Source: Callorhinchus milii (taxonomy: Eukaryota). From it: a stretch of DNA of 64,000 bases. This document shows, piece after piece, positions 49,100 to 61,745 of the stretch. Where the stretch lies: the NCBI RefSeq assembly GCF_018977255.1, contig NW_024704742.1, positions 61,382,001 to 61,446,000 of the forward strand, read 5' to 3'. The notes beneath the pieces are model-generated. The model was not told the DNA's origin, made no database searches, and saw nothing but the letters and a program-made list of their open reading frames with translations. How positions within the stretch are numbered: the stretch's first letter is position 1; each line of letters begins with the position of its first letter. The position numbers were made by a program, and so were the translations under genes.

Positions 49100-49655
49100 G
49101 CAAGCTAGGCTACTCAAATGCCTTCTTTGTTTGTGTCCCTTCCTCCGCTATTCACAAAATTCAATTAATCCAAAACTCCGCCACCCGCATTCTCACGCAC
49201 AATAAACTCGGTACACCAATTACCCCAGTCCTTGCCAAACTCCAATGGCTCCCAGTCACAGAATGGATCGACTTCACGATCCTCAATCTCGTGTTTAAAT
49301 CCCTCCATTCCTTGGCAACCCCTTATCTCTCTCAACTTATTCTATCCTCACAGCAGTATCTGCAACCTCTGCTCTACTGGCTCTGCCTCCTTCTTGTCCC
49401 TCGAATCCTCAAGTCATCCTGGTGGCCTTGCATTCAACCACTGTACCCCAAAGCTATGGAATTCCCTCCCTCAGTCTCTTTGCTTTGCCACCTCTTTCCC
49501 CATTTTCATGTTGTGCCTGAAGACCTTCCTTTTTGACCGTGCCTATGGTCACCTTTCCCCTTCCCCTGGCTCAACATCGGGCTCCATTATTGCTAAGCGC
49601 CGTGGGGCACCACCCGGCGTGGAGGGTGCTATATAAATGCAAGTTGATGTTGTTG
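49100..49655 (+). mobile_element. L2 (subfamily A) 3' fragment
   Basis: IHKIQLIQNSATRILT..LQWLPVTEWIDFTIL, LKTFLFD; tail GCTATATAAATGCAAGTTGATGTTGTTG. Confidence 0.92.
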
Positions 49656-49980
49656 TAGTGTCACTATATTTTGTGGGCATACATAGCAATGTACCACAAA
49701 CAGCCATAAAATTAATGACCAATTTTATTTGAGAGATAGTGTGCCAGGATAATGTGAGAAACTCCCTTTTGTTTTTGAATAGTGTCATGGGATCTTTAAT
49801 GTCCACTTTATTGGCAGACAGGACTTTGATTTAACACCTCATTTGACAGATGGCACCACTGATAACGCAGCACATCCCGGCACTGCTTTGGAGTATCAGT
49901 ATATGGGTTCCAATTCCTGAAATGGTGTTCGAACACATAAACATCTGACTCAGAGTTGAGAGTGCTACTAACTGAGCTGT
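49656..49980 (-). mobile_element. DeuSINE whose 3' tail lies at 49015-49090, so it is split by the L2
   Basis: GAATAGTGTCATGGGATCTTTAATGTCCAC...GAGTGCTACTAACTGAGC. Confidence 0.75.
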
Positions 49981-50035
49981 ACTAACAGATTGGGGTTTGT
50001 TTGCCAAGACACTGGGAGAAACTCCAGAAACTGAC

Positions 50036-50126
50036 TTGATTGATTGATTGATCGATCGGTCGATTGATCGGTCAGTCGGTCGGACGGTCGGTTAGATCGG
50101 TCGCTCGATCGGTCGATTCATTGATT
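50036..50126 (+). repeat. Degenerate tetranucleotide microsatellite (GATT/GATC/GGTC)
   Basis: TTGATTGATTGATTGATCGATCGGTCGATTGATCGGTCAGTCGGTCGGACGGTCGG... Confidence 0.9.
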
Positions 50127-50454
50127 TTGTCAGTTGGCTATGTTTTGGAGTACTGCATCTAACACATGCAGAACTCCAAAACATAGACATTTCCCTGTGT
50201 CTGGTTTATGGTTAAGATTCATGAACATTAATGGGCATGTACTTTCCAGGTTTATCCCAACTATTTTTACATGGCAAGAGCGAACTTTAAATATGGATAC
50301 AAATCTGCCTAGTCTCTAGGATAAATTTCTTCAAATGCATTTGAAGTGGCAATTTTTGGAGATTGTGTACCTATTTTGATTCTTTCTAAACTTTTTGTCT
50401 TTTTTTCTCACAATGCCATTTTCTCCTTTCTTTCTTCCCCACCTCCCTACTCCC

Positions 50455-50665
50455 CCAGTCAGGAACCTAGGCATCTTGTTCGACCCTCAACTGTTCTTTC
50501 ATCCTTACATCCATGCCATGACCCGTTCTGCCTTCCCCCACCTGTGCAAAATTGCCCGACTCCGCCACTGCCAAAATTCTCATATACACCTTCATTACAT
50601 CCAGGCTTGACTATGCCAATGCCTGTGGGCCTTCCCAACTCTTCCCTCCACAAGCTGCAGATAAT
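50455..50665 (+). mobile_element. L2 fragment
   Basis: VRNLGILFDPQL.F.PYIHAMTRSAFPHLCKIARLRH. Confidence 0.85.
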
Positions 50666-50989
50666 AGTAATCCTTGCTTTTGATATAGTGCTATAGGATT
50701 CAAATTTGTGATTATAGTTTCATGTGCTGATAGAACTATAGAGCTACTTTACAAATATCCATTTGTCATCTTGAATTGCTTCAAAGTCTTCTTTAAGATG
50801 TAATAGGGAGACTGTATGGTGGATTTCTCTGTGTTGGGAGGGTCTGACACAAACCTATAGGGGTGTGGATGCACAATATTGTAAAGTGTAGATCTCTTTG
50901 TTGATCCCCCATTAGATTTGTTACTGCTTTAGAGATATTTTCAGCTATTTTAATTTGAAAATATTTTATGTTAACGTCTGCACCTTAAG

Positions 50990-51243
50990 GTGGACATTAA
51001 AGATCCCATGGCACTATTCAAAAAGAGATTTTCCTGGTGTGTCTGGTCAAAAATCCCCCAAGTAGAATTGGTCACACTCTCCATGTGCTGTTCTTGAGAC
51101 ATTGCTGTACACAAAATGACTGCCACATTTGCCTACAATTTCACAGTCATCACACATAGCGGTAAAATGCTGTAAAACACTTTGAGACATCTTGATGATA
51201 TTATAAAGCACTGTAGCAAATGCAAGGATTCTTATTATTATTT
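50990..51243 (+). mobile_element. DeuSINE 3' half
   Basis: GGTGGACATTAAAGATCCCATGGCACTATTC...CAAATGCAAGGATTCTTATTATT. Confidence 0.82.
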
Positions 51244-51712
51244 AGTTGCACTGAACCAAAAAATTACTCAAAAATCTTACACTAGGAAATCACGGTGTAA
51301 TATAAATCGTTATCAGTTAATGTAGGATGACTATCCTCCTGGAAGGAAATGTGATGTTAAGCAGGGAAGGAAATATTAATGTTTTCTGCACATCACCTTC
51401 ACATCATTTTACACTGAACAACATAGTATTGGAACGGCTGGATGGTGGTCACATACATGTGGCTTCCGGAGGTAGTTAGGGAATCCACAAAGGAGCTGTG
51501 GGTCAGATCTGTCACGTCATGTGGGCTCAAATTGTGAAATGTCATCAGGACTCAATGTGCTTTCCTGACAATGGCAGAAGCTCTAGGGAACAACATTCAC
51601 AAGATGCCAAGAGCAATGTAGAATAGGACCATTCCAGGAACTGTCACCACTTTGTTTTAAAGCATTGTGTCGAAGTAGGATGGGGAGGGGAAATCATACT
51701 CAAGACCGACTG

Positions 51713-51796
51713 ATATAATTATAATATAGCTATTTATAATTATAATTATATAATTATAATATAGTTAATATAGTTATATGATATAGTTATAATAAT
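51713..51796. repeat. AT-rich low-complexity repeat (TAATTA / ATATAG units)
   Basis: Read directly from the sequence. Confidence 0.85.
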
Positions 51797-54734
51797 CAAA
51801 TCACATACCAGAATTTTCACCTCATTAATATTTCTTGTAAATAGAGATGCTACCCCACATGAGGGGCACTATATAAATGTAAGTTGTTATTGTTGTGCCT
51901 CTCACTTTGCCTTCCACCCCTGGCTTCTATAAGGAAAGTCACTCGTTTACATACCTTCAACCAGCCAGAAGCCTCAACGGAGCGTACGATCATGATGCCA
52001 AACACATCCTGCACACAAAATGTAATATCAAATGAAAGTGTGTTTCATTACATGCTGGGAACTGATGTTAACTCATTTTGCAGCTCAGTCAGATGTGCAA
52101 ATGCACGCCTGATTTAAGTCGCTTAGGCATAGGGAATAGGCAAGTAGTAGAATTATTATTGAAGCAAATAAAAACAATCAGGCAACTGAGAGTTAGTTAA
52201 ATATGTTGTACAGTCCACAATAAAAGGTTTGTGAGAAATTACTTGGTGACTATTATTATGACTATTATGAATTATTATGAATTATTATTATTAAATTATT
52301 ATGCTGCACACAAATTTCCAATTTGTTTGACTGGATGCATTATTGTAGATTGATTTCTACATTGAGTTCAACACTGTAGTGGAGCGATCTCAATATTGTA
52401 ATGATAGAATGGCTGCAGCTGGTCAGTGCATAATGTGATAAACAAAAAACAGTAAAGCAAACATAATGTACAAAATGAAGAGGGGAAAGCGTTCACTGCT
52501 GTTTTATATCGAATTGTGAATTCTTGACATGGTACTGTATTGCAACAAGATATGAATGTATCTCGTAACAGCACAGCCTGAGAGATGACCAGATTCTTTT
52601 CTCAATCAAAAACTATCTAATTGCACATTGAAGTGAGCTGTATGGATCCTTCTACCATGCTGGACAGACAGTATGGAGGTGATCCTCTGTGACGGTCCCA
52701 GCAGTCCGGTTCCTGAGCTAGGAATGTCTGCATAATCCAAAGCACTGTTGATGACCACATATGGCGTCAGCATGGGGGCCCTCTGCCATCATGAAAATTC
52801 ATTGAAATCACCACCCCACCCCCACTTGGGTGGGGATGGACATCTCGCCGCAGCTTTGGGCATACACCGGCCACCCTCTACCAATAGCCATGTCATGGGC
52901 AGTCCAATCAGCCTGGCTTATCAGCAGGATTTTCAGGGGCAGTCATTCTTGGCTCCTGTCAATCCTGCAAACAAAAGCCGAAATGTGTAGGGAGGACCTA
53001 ATATTAATAATAATAATAATGACTAGTAATACTTCTTTGTTTTGTTGTAGCACCTTTCATGTCAGGAGGAGGGTGTCCCAAAGCACTTCAAAAGTATACT
53101 GTAAAGTGTAGTGACTTGGTATGACAAGGGTTGGATTTGGTTTAGACAAGTGGTTGTTTGCAAGGGTGTTGGTTAAAAGATTGAACCATCTAACATCAGG
53201 CAATAAGCTCAAATAATCAGTTTTTTTTTGATCCCTACAGTTTTTTCATGGGTTTTCATATGTAGTGGTTACTCAACTCAACCATAGGGTAACATTTGGG
53301 TGTCTCTTTGTTAGAGAATACACTCGTTTCCTGAGAAATGGATCAAATGGATTTGTAAGACTCTATTTCTAACAATGCAGGACAGCTAACCAAACACTGC
53401 TGTAGAGTGTCAGCCTAGACTGCGATGGGATAGTATTATTATTATAGATTTGTTCTTCATTTCTCCATAGATGACAGTGAAGATACTGCATCATGGCACC
53501 ACCTCAATCCCTTCAGTTTTTGGAGAATGGTTCTTGTTTGAACAGATCTGCGACAAGCTAAGGAAACAGCTCAAACATTGACACAATTAACTCTTAAAAA
53601 AGAAGTAGCATGTCTCCAGATTTCTATGAATTTCTAATCATGAGAATTTGATTGCTTTACAGTGTTTAATTTGAACCTGAACCTGTAATGATTAGCAAGG
53701 GAAGTAGCAAATAAGACCCACATATTACTAGAATTAATAAGTTGATCTCTTTAGTGCTGCCGTACCTGAAAAGAAAAAAGTAGTCTGTGTGAAAGAACCT
53801 TCAAAGAATTTCAGTGAAATTTAGTGAATTCAATATGCTTCCTCTTTCGTGCCTGAAGCTATAAGTTCTGAAAAATCTAAAAATATAATCATTTCCCAGG
53901 ACAGACACAATTTTTCTAGTATGAAATACTTTGTATCTTTATATAAGTTTAGGATGTCACAACATAAAGTGTCTACATTTTTAAAAGGTCAAAGGCATTT
54001 TGACATATTTTATTTTATTTTTTGGGATATCAGCCAAATGACTGACACATGCGAAAAACCATCACCATGTTAACAGAATCCAAACCAAAAGGCAGAGTTT
54101 CATGTATGCCGGCTTTCATGGAAATTCCTGTGTCTGGAATGGATACGCATGCCTCTCCCCAGAGGGATGCACCCTGCTTATCTAATTCCAGAGAGTATTG
54201 GTTCAAGCTGGCAAGATCCAAGGCTTAGGACTCAAAAGTGTGCTTTGGGGTACAGCTTGAGTCCAAAATAGCTTGCCATTGAAAGCACTATCTGGCATAA
54301 TGACTGAGCTCCACTTGAGGAAGGAATGGCAATTGAAAAATATAATTGCAATACCAACAGAAGTGCAGTTTTAGATTCAATTTGACCACTTATTTCATCA
54401 ACAACGAGATCAAAAATGTGGCTATTTCAAATGGGATTTCTTTATTGAGGATCTCGAATGACAAATGGGGATTCCTTCCAGTATCTGAAAGTACACTACT
54501 CATAGTCATGGGCAACTCCCCTTCAATGTGATTTACTTTTTGAGCAGAGTTGTGCAGGCTGGACTGCATGACACAGCTCCATTGTTTGAATGTGGGAATC
54601 AAGGAGAGGCCAAGTAGGAGAACTCGGCCATTTGAGCATCCTGGAGGGAAAAGAAGTATCAACATCCCACAACCCCAGAGAATAGTATTCAGTCAATAGT
54701 GGAGTGGAGACAGAGTGAAAGTGAAACTATAAAA

Positions 54735-54990
54735 GTAATAAGCCTTACATTTGATACAGCCCCCTCTAACAACAAATTATATTCAAAGTGCTGTCAAGTG
54801 TAGTGACTGTGCAATTGTAGGCAAAGTCGGTAGCCAATTTGCACAAAGAAATGTTTGACAAACAGCCATGAAGTCAATTCTCTTTTGCCATGGGATCTTT
54901 AATATCTACCTGAACAGTCAAGCGGGACCTTGTTTTAACATTTCATTCAAAGATGGCAAGTCAAACAATGCAGATTTTCTCCAGCACTGA
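54735..54990 (-). mobile_element. Degraded DeuSINE
   Basis: GTGTAGTGACTGTG...GCCAATTTGCAC...GCCATGGGATCTTTAATATCTACC. Confidence 0.72.
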
Positions 54991-55090
54991 ACCATAAAAC
55001 CATCAAAATGTACGAGAGGGAAGTACTCAATTACTCATGGGTAATAAGCCCTTCAAAAAATATTAATAATTTGGTCACTCAATTCATGAT

Positions 55091-55432
55091 AGAGCACTCA
55101 TCTCGCAAGTGAAAGGACTTGGGTTGGATTCCTGGGCAGGGCGAAACATTGTGCAAGTTTCCTTACTCCACACGCCTCTGTTAGCAGGAACCTGTTTGTA
55201 GTCGATTGGCGGATTGCTTTTCCGAGGGTAATAATCCCTTAAAAAAAGAAAAGATTTGGTCACTCAATCCACGACAGTTTGTGGGACACTGCTGTGTGCA
55301 ATTGGCTGCTTTGTTTTGCCCACAACATGTACAGTCAATTCACTTTGCAGGATATTCGGTGCATCGCTTTGAGATGTTTCAAAGACATGAAAAGGCGCTA
55401 TATCAAATGCAAGGCTTATATTTTTATTATTG
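55091..55432 (+). mobile_element. tRNA-Ala-headed SINE, long form, 5' end clipped
   Basis: AGAGCACTCATCTCGCAAGTG...CCACACGCCTCTGTTAGCAGGAACC..GTCGATTGGCGGAT..., followed by the tail. Confidence 0.87.
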
Positions 55433-55599
55433 TTTGACCCATCATGTATCAGCTCCCTGCAGAGCAATGATTTTAGTCCCGTTTACCTGCCCTTTCCCCA
55501 AACCCCTGTAGCTGTTCTCTTCTTAAGGTGTTTGTTACGTTCCCTCTTAAAGACCAATATGGATTCTGGTCATTCTTCACAGTATTGAAGTGCCAGATG

Positions 55600-55690
55600 A
55601 GACTATGAGAAATCCCAACATGTTCCATTGAACCCACAAGCTACTGAGTCACAATACAAAAGAGTGCTACCAACTGAGCCAGGCTGACAT
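55600..55690 (-). mobile_element. DeuSINE head fragment
   Basis: GAACCCACAA...GAGTGCTACCAACTGAGCCAGGCTGACA. Confidence 0.7.
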
Positions 55691-56089
55691 CAGTCTAAAG
55701 GAGAACCAGGAGCCTGGTATGACTATGAATAAATATGAGTATCTGGGGCAAGCATTCATTTGCTGGTCTTGTGGAGAATCAGTCAACTGGTTTGATGTAT
55801 TACATTGTACACTAAATACTAGGATTTTAAGTCTAGCATTTGGAAAGTTTCTGAAATAGCTTGAGTGTAGGGACATTTGAAATAAGATTTAAAAAGCTTG
55901 AATGGAAAAGTTTAGAATACTTTGCAGGAAAGAAAAACAGATCCAAACTAACAGCTGTGATGTATGTTTAATGTAAGAAGGCAATGCTTGAACTAGTGAA
56001 CTATGACAACATGAATAAATGCAGGAAGATTGTCTGCTCCATTTTATTATTATGAAAATAATTCATAGAAACAGAATTCAAGATTGTTA

Positions 56090-56490
56090 TTACAACATAG
56101 AAGAAGGTGATTTAACCCATCAAGGACTGGTGTTATTCTACATGCATTATCTGATTTAATCCCACTCTTCTGCTCATTCACCATAATATTTTTCTTTTCT
56201 TTTTAAAATAATTTATTATTATTGTTTGTGTCAGAGAATTTATATGTTCTAACCACCCTCTGAGAAAGGAATTGTTTGCTAACCTCCCTGATTGTAATGA
56301 TTTGATAATCAGTGGAAATGAGCTTTTACTTCCTATTATGATATAACTCTTATTCACAAAGACATCTGTCAGGTCATCTCTTAACCTTCTCAGCTCTGTG
56401 TATACAAAAAAGGTTTAAAGTCTTGCTTCACAATTGAAATCCCTCATCTCCAGTAATATCCTAATGGATTTATGCTGCATTGTTTATAGA
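56090..56490 (-). mobile_element. Old CR1 3' fragment
   Basis: TCTCTTAACCTTCTC (RRLRG), GAAATCCCTCAT; 3' UTR similar to 28926-29100. Confidence 0.6.
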
Positions 56491-56749
56491 TGAGGTGTTT
56501 CCATGTGATAAGGCAAAATAAAAATGCAAGTTCTTTCTGTTTTTCGTTTATCCCTCTGGTGTTCTATTGTCTCTCTGATGGATATTTATGGATATCTATC
56601 CTTTCAGTGCCCTTTCATTGGTGTGTTGACAGTCATAACATTTAACAAGTGCCTTTCTTCTTTTTCCTATACTATAAATTCAGCATCCTAATTAACCTCT
56701 ATGTTTTTATGTGGCTCAAGCTTTACCAAATTATTCTCTTCACCAATGA

Positions 56750-56960
56750 TATGGGTTATAAAGGATAATTTAAGGATAGACACCAGGAAGTATTTATTTA
56801 ACTAAAGGGTGATTAATAACTGGAACAGGTTACCAGGATGCTGGACTAATTTTATTCATTCAACAAATTGCAGTTATATAGTAAAATAGTTTGATGCTGT
56901 GAAGGCAAGATGAGAAGATAGGAAGGGTGAAATCAGTTGGGCTGAGGGGCCTTCTTCATC
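56750..56960 (+). mobile_element. Old CR1 3' end
   Basis: RKYLLTKRVINNWNRLP-like segment; GGGCTGAGGGGCCTTCT 3' UTR motif. Confidence 0.6.
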
Positions 56961-57049
56961 ACTTGCACTCATAACCATGTGATTGAGACAGATTCCCTTC
57001 CTAGCCTTGCCTAGGTTCTGCATCTCTATGTTACAAGTAATTATTGAAT

Positions 57050-58655
57050 GATGTGCTGATTGGTCTGCTCCCTCGATCCCATCCCCACCTTTCTCCTTGT
57101 CTCCCAGCTCCACCTTCTGGCCCCTCTCCTGTCCGATGTCATCAAACTCTCCTTGTCCACCGGTTCAGTTCCCACCCCCCTAAAATAGCTGTCATCACCC
57201 CCGTCTGGAAAAAACTTTCCCTGGATCCATCCCTCCTCTCCAGCTACCGCCCCATCTCTAACCTCCCATTCCTCTCCAAAGTCCTGGAATGAGTCCCAGC
57301 TCCTCTCCTTTCTCTCTCGCCATTCCTATTTGAACCCCTCCAATCTGGCTCCTGTGCTGTCCACAGCACGGAAACAGCCCTGGGCAAAGTCACTAATATC
57401 ATTCTGAACATCTGTGATCAGGGCTCCCTCTGCCTCCTTGTCCTTCTCGACCTCTCTGCCGCCTTCGACACTGTCGACCACTCCATCCTCATACACCGCC
57501 TCTCCGTCTTACTCAATCTTCATGGACCTGCCCTTGCCTGGTTTGATTCCTATCTCTCTCATCTTCTCCACTTTGTTGCCTCTAATGGTTTCTGCTCCAG
57601 CCCCCGCACTGTCATGTCTGGCGTCCCCCAGGGCTCTATCCTTGGCCCACTCCTCTTTAATATCTACATGCTCCCCTTTGGTGATATCATCCGCAGACAC
57701 GGGGTCAACTTCCATATGTGTGCGGAAGACACCCAACTCTATCTCTCTGCCTCCACTCTCAAGTCCTGGATGAGGGCAAATTTCCTACAGTTGAATGTGA
57801 ACAAGACTGAGGCCCTCCTGATTGGCTCACACCAGCGCCTCAGCACCTCAGGCTCTGGCAGCATCAACCTCCATGGTTGCACACTGCAACTCACCAGCCA
57901 GTCAGGAACCGAGGTGTCTTGTCCGACCCTCAACTGTCTTTTCTTCCCCACATTCAAGCCATGACAAACTCTGCCTTCCCTCACCGCCGTAACATCACCC
58001 GACTCCGCCACTACCTCACCCCTCAGGCCGCTGAAACTCTTGTTCATGCCTTCATCACCTCCAGGCTCGACTATGCAAATTCCCTGCTTGTCGGCCTTCC
58101 CAACTCCTCCCTCCACAGCCTGCAGATAATCCAGAACTCTGCAGCTCGTGTCCTCTTCCGCAACAAACTCCGTGACCCCATCTCCCCCACTCTCGCCCGA
58201 CTCCATTGGCTCCCTATCCTTCAGAGGATCCAGTTCAATATCCTGGTCCTCACATACAAAGCCCTCCATGGCCACACCCCACCCTACATCTACAACCTCC
58301 GAGCTCCCTACCAACCAGCCCGCTCCCTCCGCTCAGCCGGCTCTGGTCTGCTCCACGTTCCCCGACCCATCCGCCCCACCATTGGCGGGAGAGCCTTCAG
58401 CCACTCTGCCCCCAACCTCTGGAATTCCATCCCCCAATCACTCCGCCTCGCCCCCTCCTTAGCTCCTTCAAGTCCCACCTCAAAACCCTCCTCTTCAACC
58501 ATGCCATCGGCCACACCGCTTCTCCTCCCCTCCCTTCACCCCACCCCCACCCCGACCCCAGCTCGGTTCTGAAATGCTGTACTCTGTCCAGCACCTTGGG
58601 ACATTCTCCCGATGTGAAAGGCGCTATACAAATGTAATCTTGTTGTTGTTGTTGT
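57050..58655 (+). mobile_element. L2 LINE (subfamily B), longest copy, 5'-truncated and inactive
   Basis: YRPISNLPFLSKVLE, LLDLSAAFDTVDH, GVPQGSILGPLLF, CAEDTQLY (mutated YADD), LHWLPILQRIQFNIL; stop codon and frameshifts; (GTT)n tail. Confidence 0.96.
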
Positions 58656-59002
58656 ATACAAATTATAGTTCTTTGTCAATCTTCTTTAGACCACAGATTT
58701 CAATTCTAAATAGATTAGTGAATCTATTCACAATGTACAAATGTTGACATTTGTACAATGTGTGCGTTTCAATATTTGAGCTTGAATCAGCCTTTAAAGT
58801 GAACTGACGAGTAATGAAGATTAATGCTGTGTTTTCCCTCGGTCCATTTTTTTCTTCCTCTTCTCCTGAAAGCACTGACACTTCCAGAAAGTAGAGATAA
58901 AGCAATACCACACAAACCAACACTGAAGTGCTGCATTTGCACAATGAGTAGTAAAAGGACTGGGGTGGGGCATAATTGGGCGTCAGATTCAATAGTCATC
59001 AT

Positions 59003-59363
59003 GATAATAATAATCCTTCCGGTTGATATAGTGCATTATCACATAGTTGAGATGTCTGAAAGTGCTTCACAGAATACATTACAAAGTGGATTGACTGTTT
59101 ATTTTGTGGATGAAATGCAGCAGCCAGTTGCGCACAGCAGTGTCCCACAAACAGTCGTAGATTGAGTAACCACATTTTTTTTGGAAGGATTATTACCCCT
59201 TGAAGGTGATCCGCCAATCGACTAACAACCAGTTTCTTATTTAGTGATAGGTAAACAGAAACATGGGGCATAAGGAAAGTTACCTAAGATTTCGCTCGGG
59301 AATCAAACCAGGGTCCTCTCGCTTGCGAGGTGAGCATGCTAGCCACCACGCTATGAGACTCCA
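59003..59363 (-). mobile_element. tRNA-Ala-headed SINE, long form
   Basis: GATCCGCCAATCGACTAACAACC...AGGTAAACAGA internal block; head GCTATGAGACTCCA. Confidence 0.87.
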
Positions 59364-60779
59364 CATCCTAAGCAAATAAAGCCCAATCATTTTGACAAAG
59401 TCAGATGGGGGGAGGAAAGCTCTCCTACCCCCTTAGCTATGCATTGACAGGAGTGCAATTTGAGATTGATAATAACACCCTGATATTTCAAAGCAGATTT
59501 AGAGAAATTAGAACTAATGGCACTTGTTAACTAATTTCATATTTGAAGTAACAAAAGAAAGTTTTTTCTTCATCTGTACACAGAAATATTCTTCAGGTTG
59601 TTTGAGAATCTAATTAAAGGTGACCAAAAAACAGTCACACCCCTTGGAAAGCTTAATGAGAAATGTCTTGGATAATAGTCATGAATAATGATTGCATTGC
59701 AGGAACATCAATCATATTGGTTTGGATGTTTCATACATATTTACACTTGATAATGTCTAAAATAAATGACACAAGGCAATAAAGTTTATTATGTGTTTAT
59801 CACTAGCTGAAAGATTTTACAACCAGAATCTTCATCAAAGGATTGGGGAGGTCGTTTAAGAGCAATACATTTTATTGGTCTTGAAAGAGACAGAGCAAGC
59901 AGCTTTGAGTTTGTTGCAAAACTCTGCCCCATTGCTTTTTTAGATTGGCAAGTTAAAGTAAAATGATTATATTACGGAAAAGATAGCTTAGGTGAGGACA
60001 GCTGATGTTCATTCCTTTTCAAACATGCCAGAACACATTGGTACTCATTATAAAATGTTACTTCCAAACCATGCAGGTCATAGTTTTAATGTTGCACCTG
60101 TGATACAGTTGCTATCCACATTGCCAATTTTCGTAGGGACTGTGTTTTCCCCAACACTGTTCAATTTTCTGTTTCTTGGCCTCCATGCTGTGCTGCTTCA
60201 ACTCAGCCTATGAGCTTTGTCATAGTGTTTTTAGTGTTTTAATTCCCACTCTATAAAACACATCAGGATAGATCGCCACCAGATATTCATTTATCCATTT
60301 CCTTCAATCCCACGTGCAATCGGGCACATAGCTACTGCAGGATGTCCATCTGCTAACCCAGCTAGGGGCCAAGGTGGAGCCGTTGTCAGTCATTGTGTGG
60401 AGTCGAGAAGTGGAAGCCGTGAAAGACGCTTTCGATTCCCAGCAGGTGGGTGAGGAGCAGGGGGTTGGGGAGGGAGGAAATATTCGTCAGATATTTTTGG
60501 TCCCCCCCATTATTCTCCCCCATTTTACATGATAATCCCGATCCCTTTCAGGGTTATATTGTTTGTATATATTTGTCTATATTTGTGCACATATATTTTC
60601 TATGTTTCACATGACAATAACCACTGAAATACAGGCCCTTGAAGACCAACATTGGAATTGGTGGAGTGGCACAGCTTGTTTCTTTCTGTCTTACTGCGCA
60701 GAGCATTAGCTCATGAAAACAGGTAATGAACATTTGCATCGTGGGGGAAAAAATGTGATGTCTCCGACAAAACAACAGC

Positions 60780-60900
60780 CCCCAATACTGCATTGAGTGT
60801 TATCTTAGACGATGTGATTGATGCCAAGTCCTCATATGGAACTTGAACCCACCAACTTCTGACTCAGAGGTGAGAGTTCTGCCACTGAGCCACACTGACA
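60780..60900 (-). mobile_element. DeuSINE head fragment
   Basis: TTGAACCCACCAACTTCTGACTCAGAGGTGAGAG..CTGCCACTGAGCCAC. Confidence 0.75.
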
Positions 60901-60914
60901 ATGGACAATAATGA

Positions 60915-61215
60915 TATAATAATAATAATAATCCTTGCATTTATTATAGTCTTCTAGATGTCTCAAAGCACTTAAAAAAATAAACTGTAAAGTGAATTGA
61001 CTGGATATTTGTGGGCGAAACGCGGCAGCCAATTGCACACAGCAGTGTCCCACAAACAGTCGTGGATTGAAGTGACCAATTTATTATTGATTTTTTTGAA
61101 GGATTATTATCAGGTGTGTGAAGTAAGGAAACTTGCCCAAGGTTTCACCCTGTCGGGAATCAAACCCAGATCTCTCACTTGCAAAGTGAGTGCTCTAACC
61201 ACTGAGCTACAGGAG
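60915..61215 (-). mobile_element. tRNA-Ala-headed SINE, short form (more diverged)
   Basis: Lacks the internal block; head GCTCTAACCACTGAGCTACAGGA. Confidence 0.9.
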
Positions 61216-61660
61216 CTATAATCCAGGAATTTGCATGGACCATGGAACGATAATACTCAGAGCAACTGTAGCATGGCGTAAGCCTGCTCATGTCCATGAA
61301 TAGAACATGGGAGTCAGTGCATATTCACAAACACAGAACAGTAACCATTGTTTGATATGGGAAAATCATGATCCTAGATCAGTCGAAATGAAAGCTTTCA
61401 GTTAAATAGTGCATGAGCAGACAATGAAAATAAATGGAATGCTCAGGTAAAATATTTGCTTGTAGATTTTGCAGGATGTGGTTTGATTACAGCAGTGCTC
61501 CACAAATAGGTGTGAGGGGCTCATTGCCCAACTGAAGACTAATAGTATAATGTCACGCACGGTAGAATGTTAGCATGATGAGATCTTGATCTGTTATGTT
61601 GAGATGAGGTGGAATCACAAGATGAAGAAGGAGACCACGTGTAATAAGACGGTAAGCCAG

Positions 61661-61730
61661 TGGGGGTGGGGTGGGGGAGGGGGAAAGGGGCAGGAGGGGA
61701 GGGAGAGAAGGAGGAAGGGGGNAAAGTAGG
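61661..61730 (+). repeat. G-rich purine tract (G4-capable) containing an N at 61722
   Basis: GGGGGTGGGGTGGGGGAGGGGGAAAGGGG... Confidence 0.8.
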
Positions 61731-61745
61731 GAACACAGTTAATAT

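Noticed and set aside
54067..54228. 53-aa ORF with ACCATG context
   Set aside because: The length is expected by chance and there is no recognisable motif, splice support or promoter.
57414..58637. Overlapping long ORFs on both strands
   Set aside because: These are frameshifted L2 ORF2 pieces and antisense shadows of C-rich L2 sequence. YADD is mutated to CAED.
61722..61722. N base inside a G-rich tract
   Set aside because: An assembly ambiguity or gap marker, so adjacency across it is uncertain and it is not biological.
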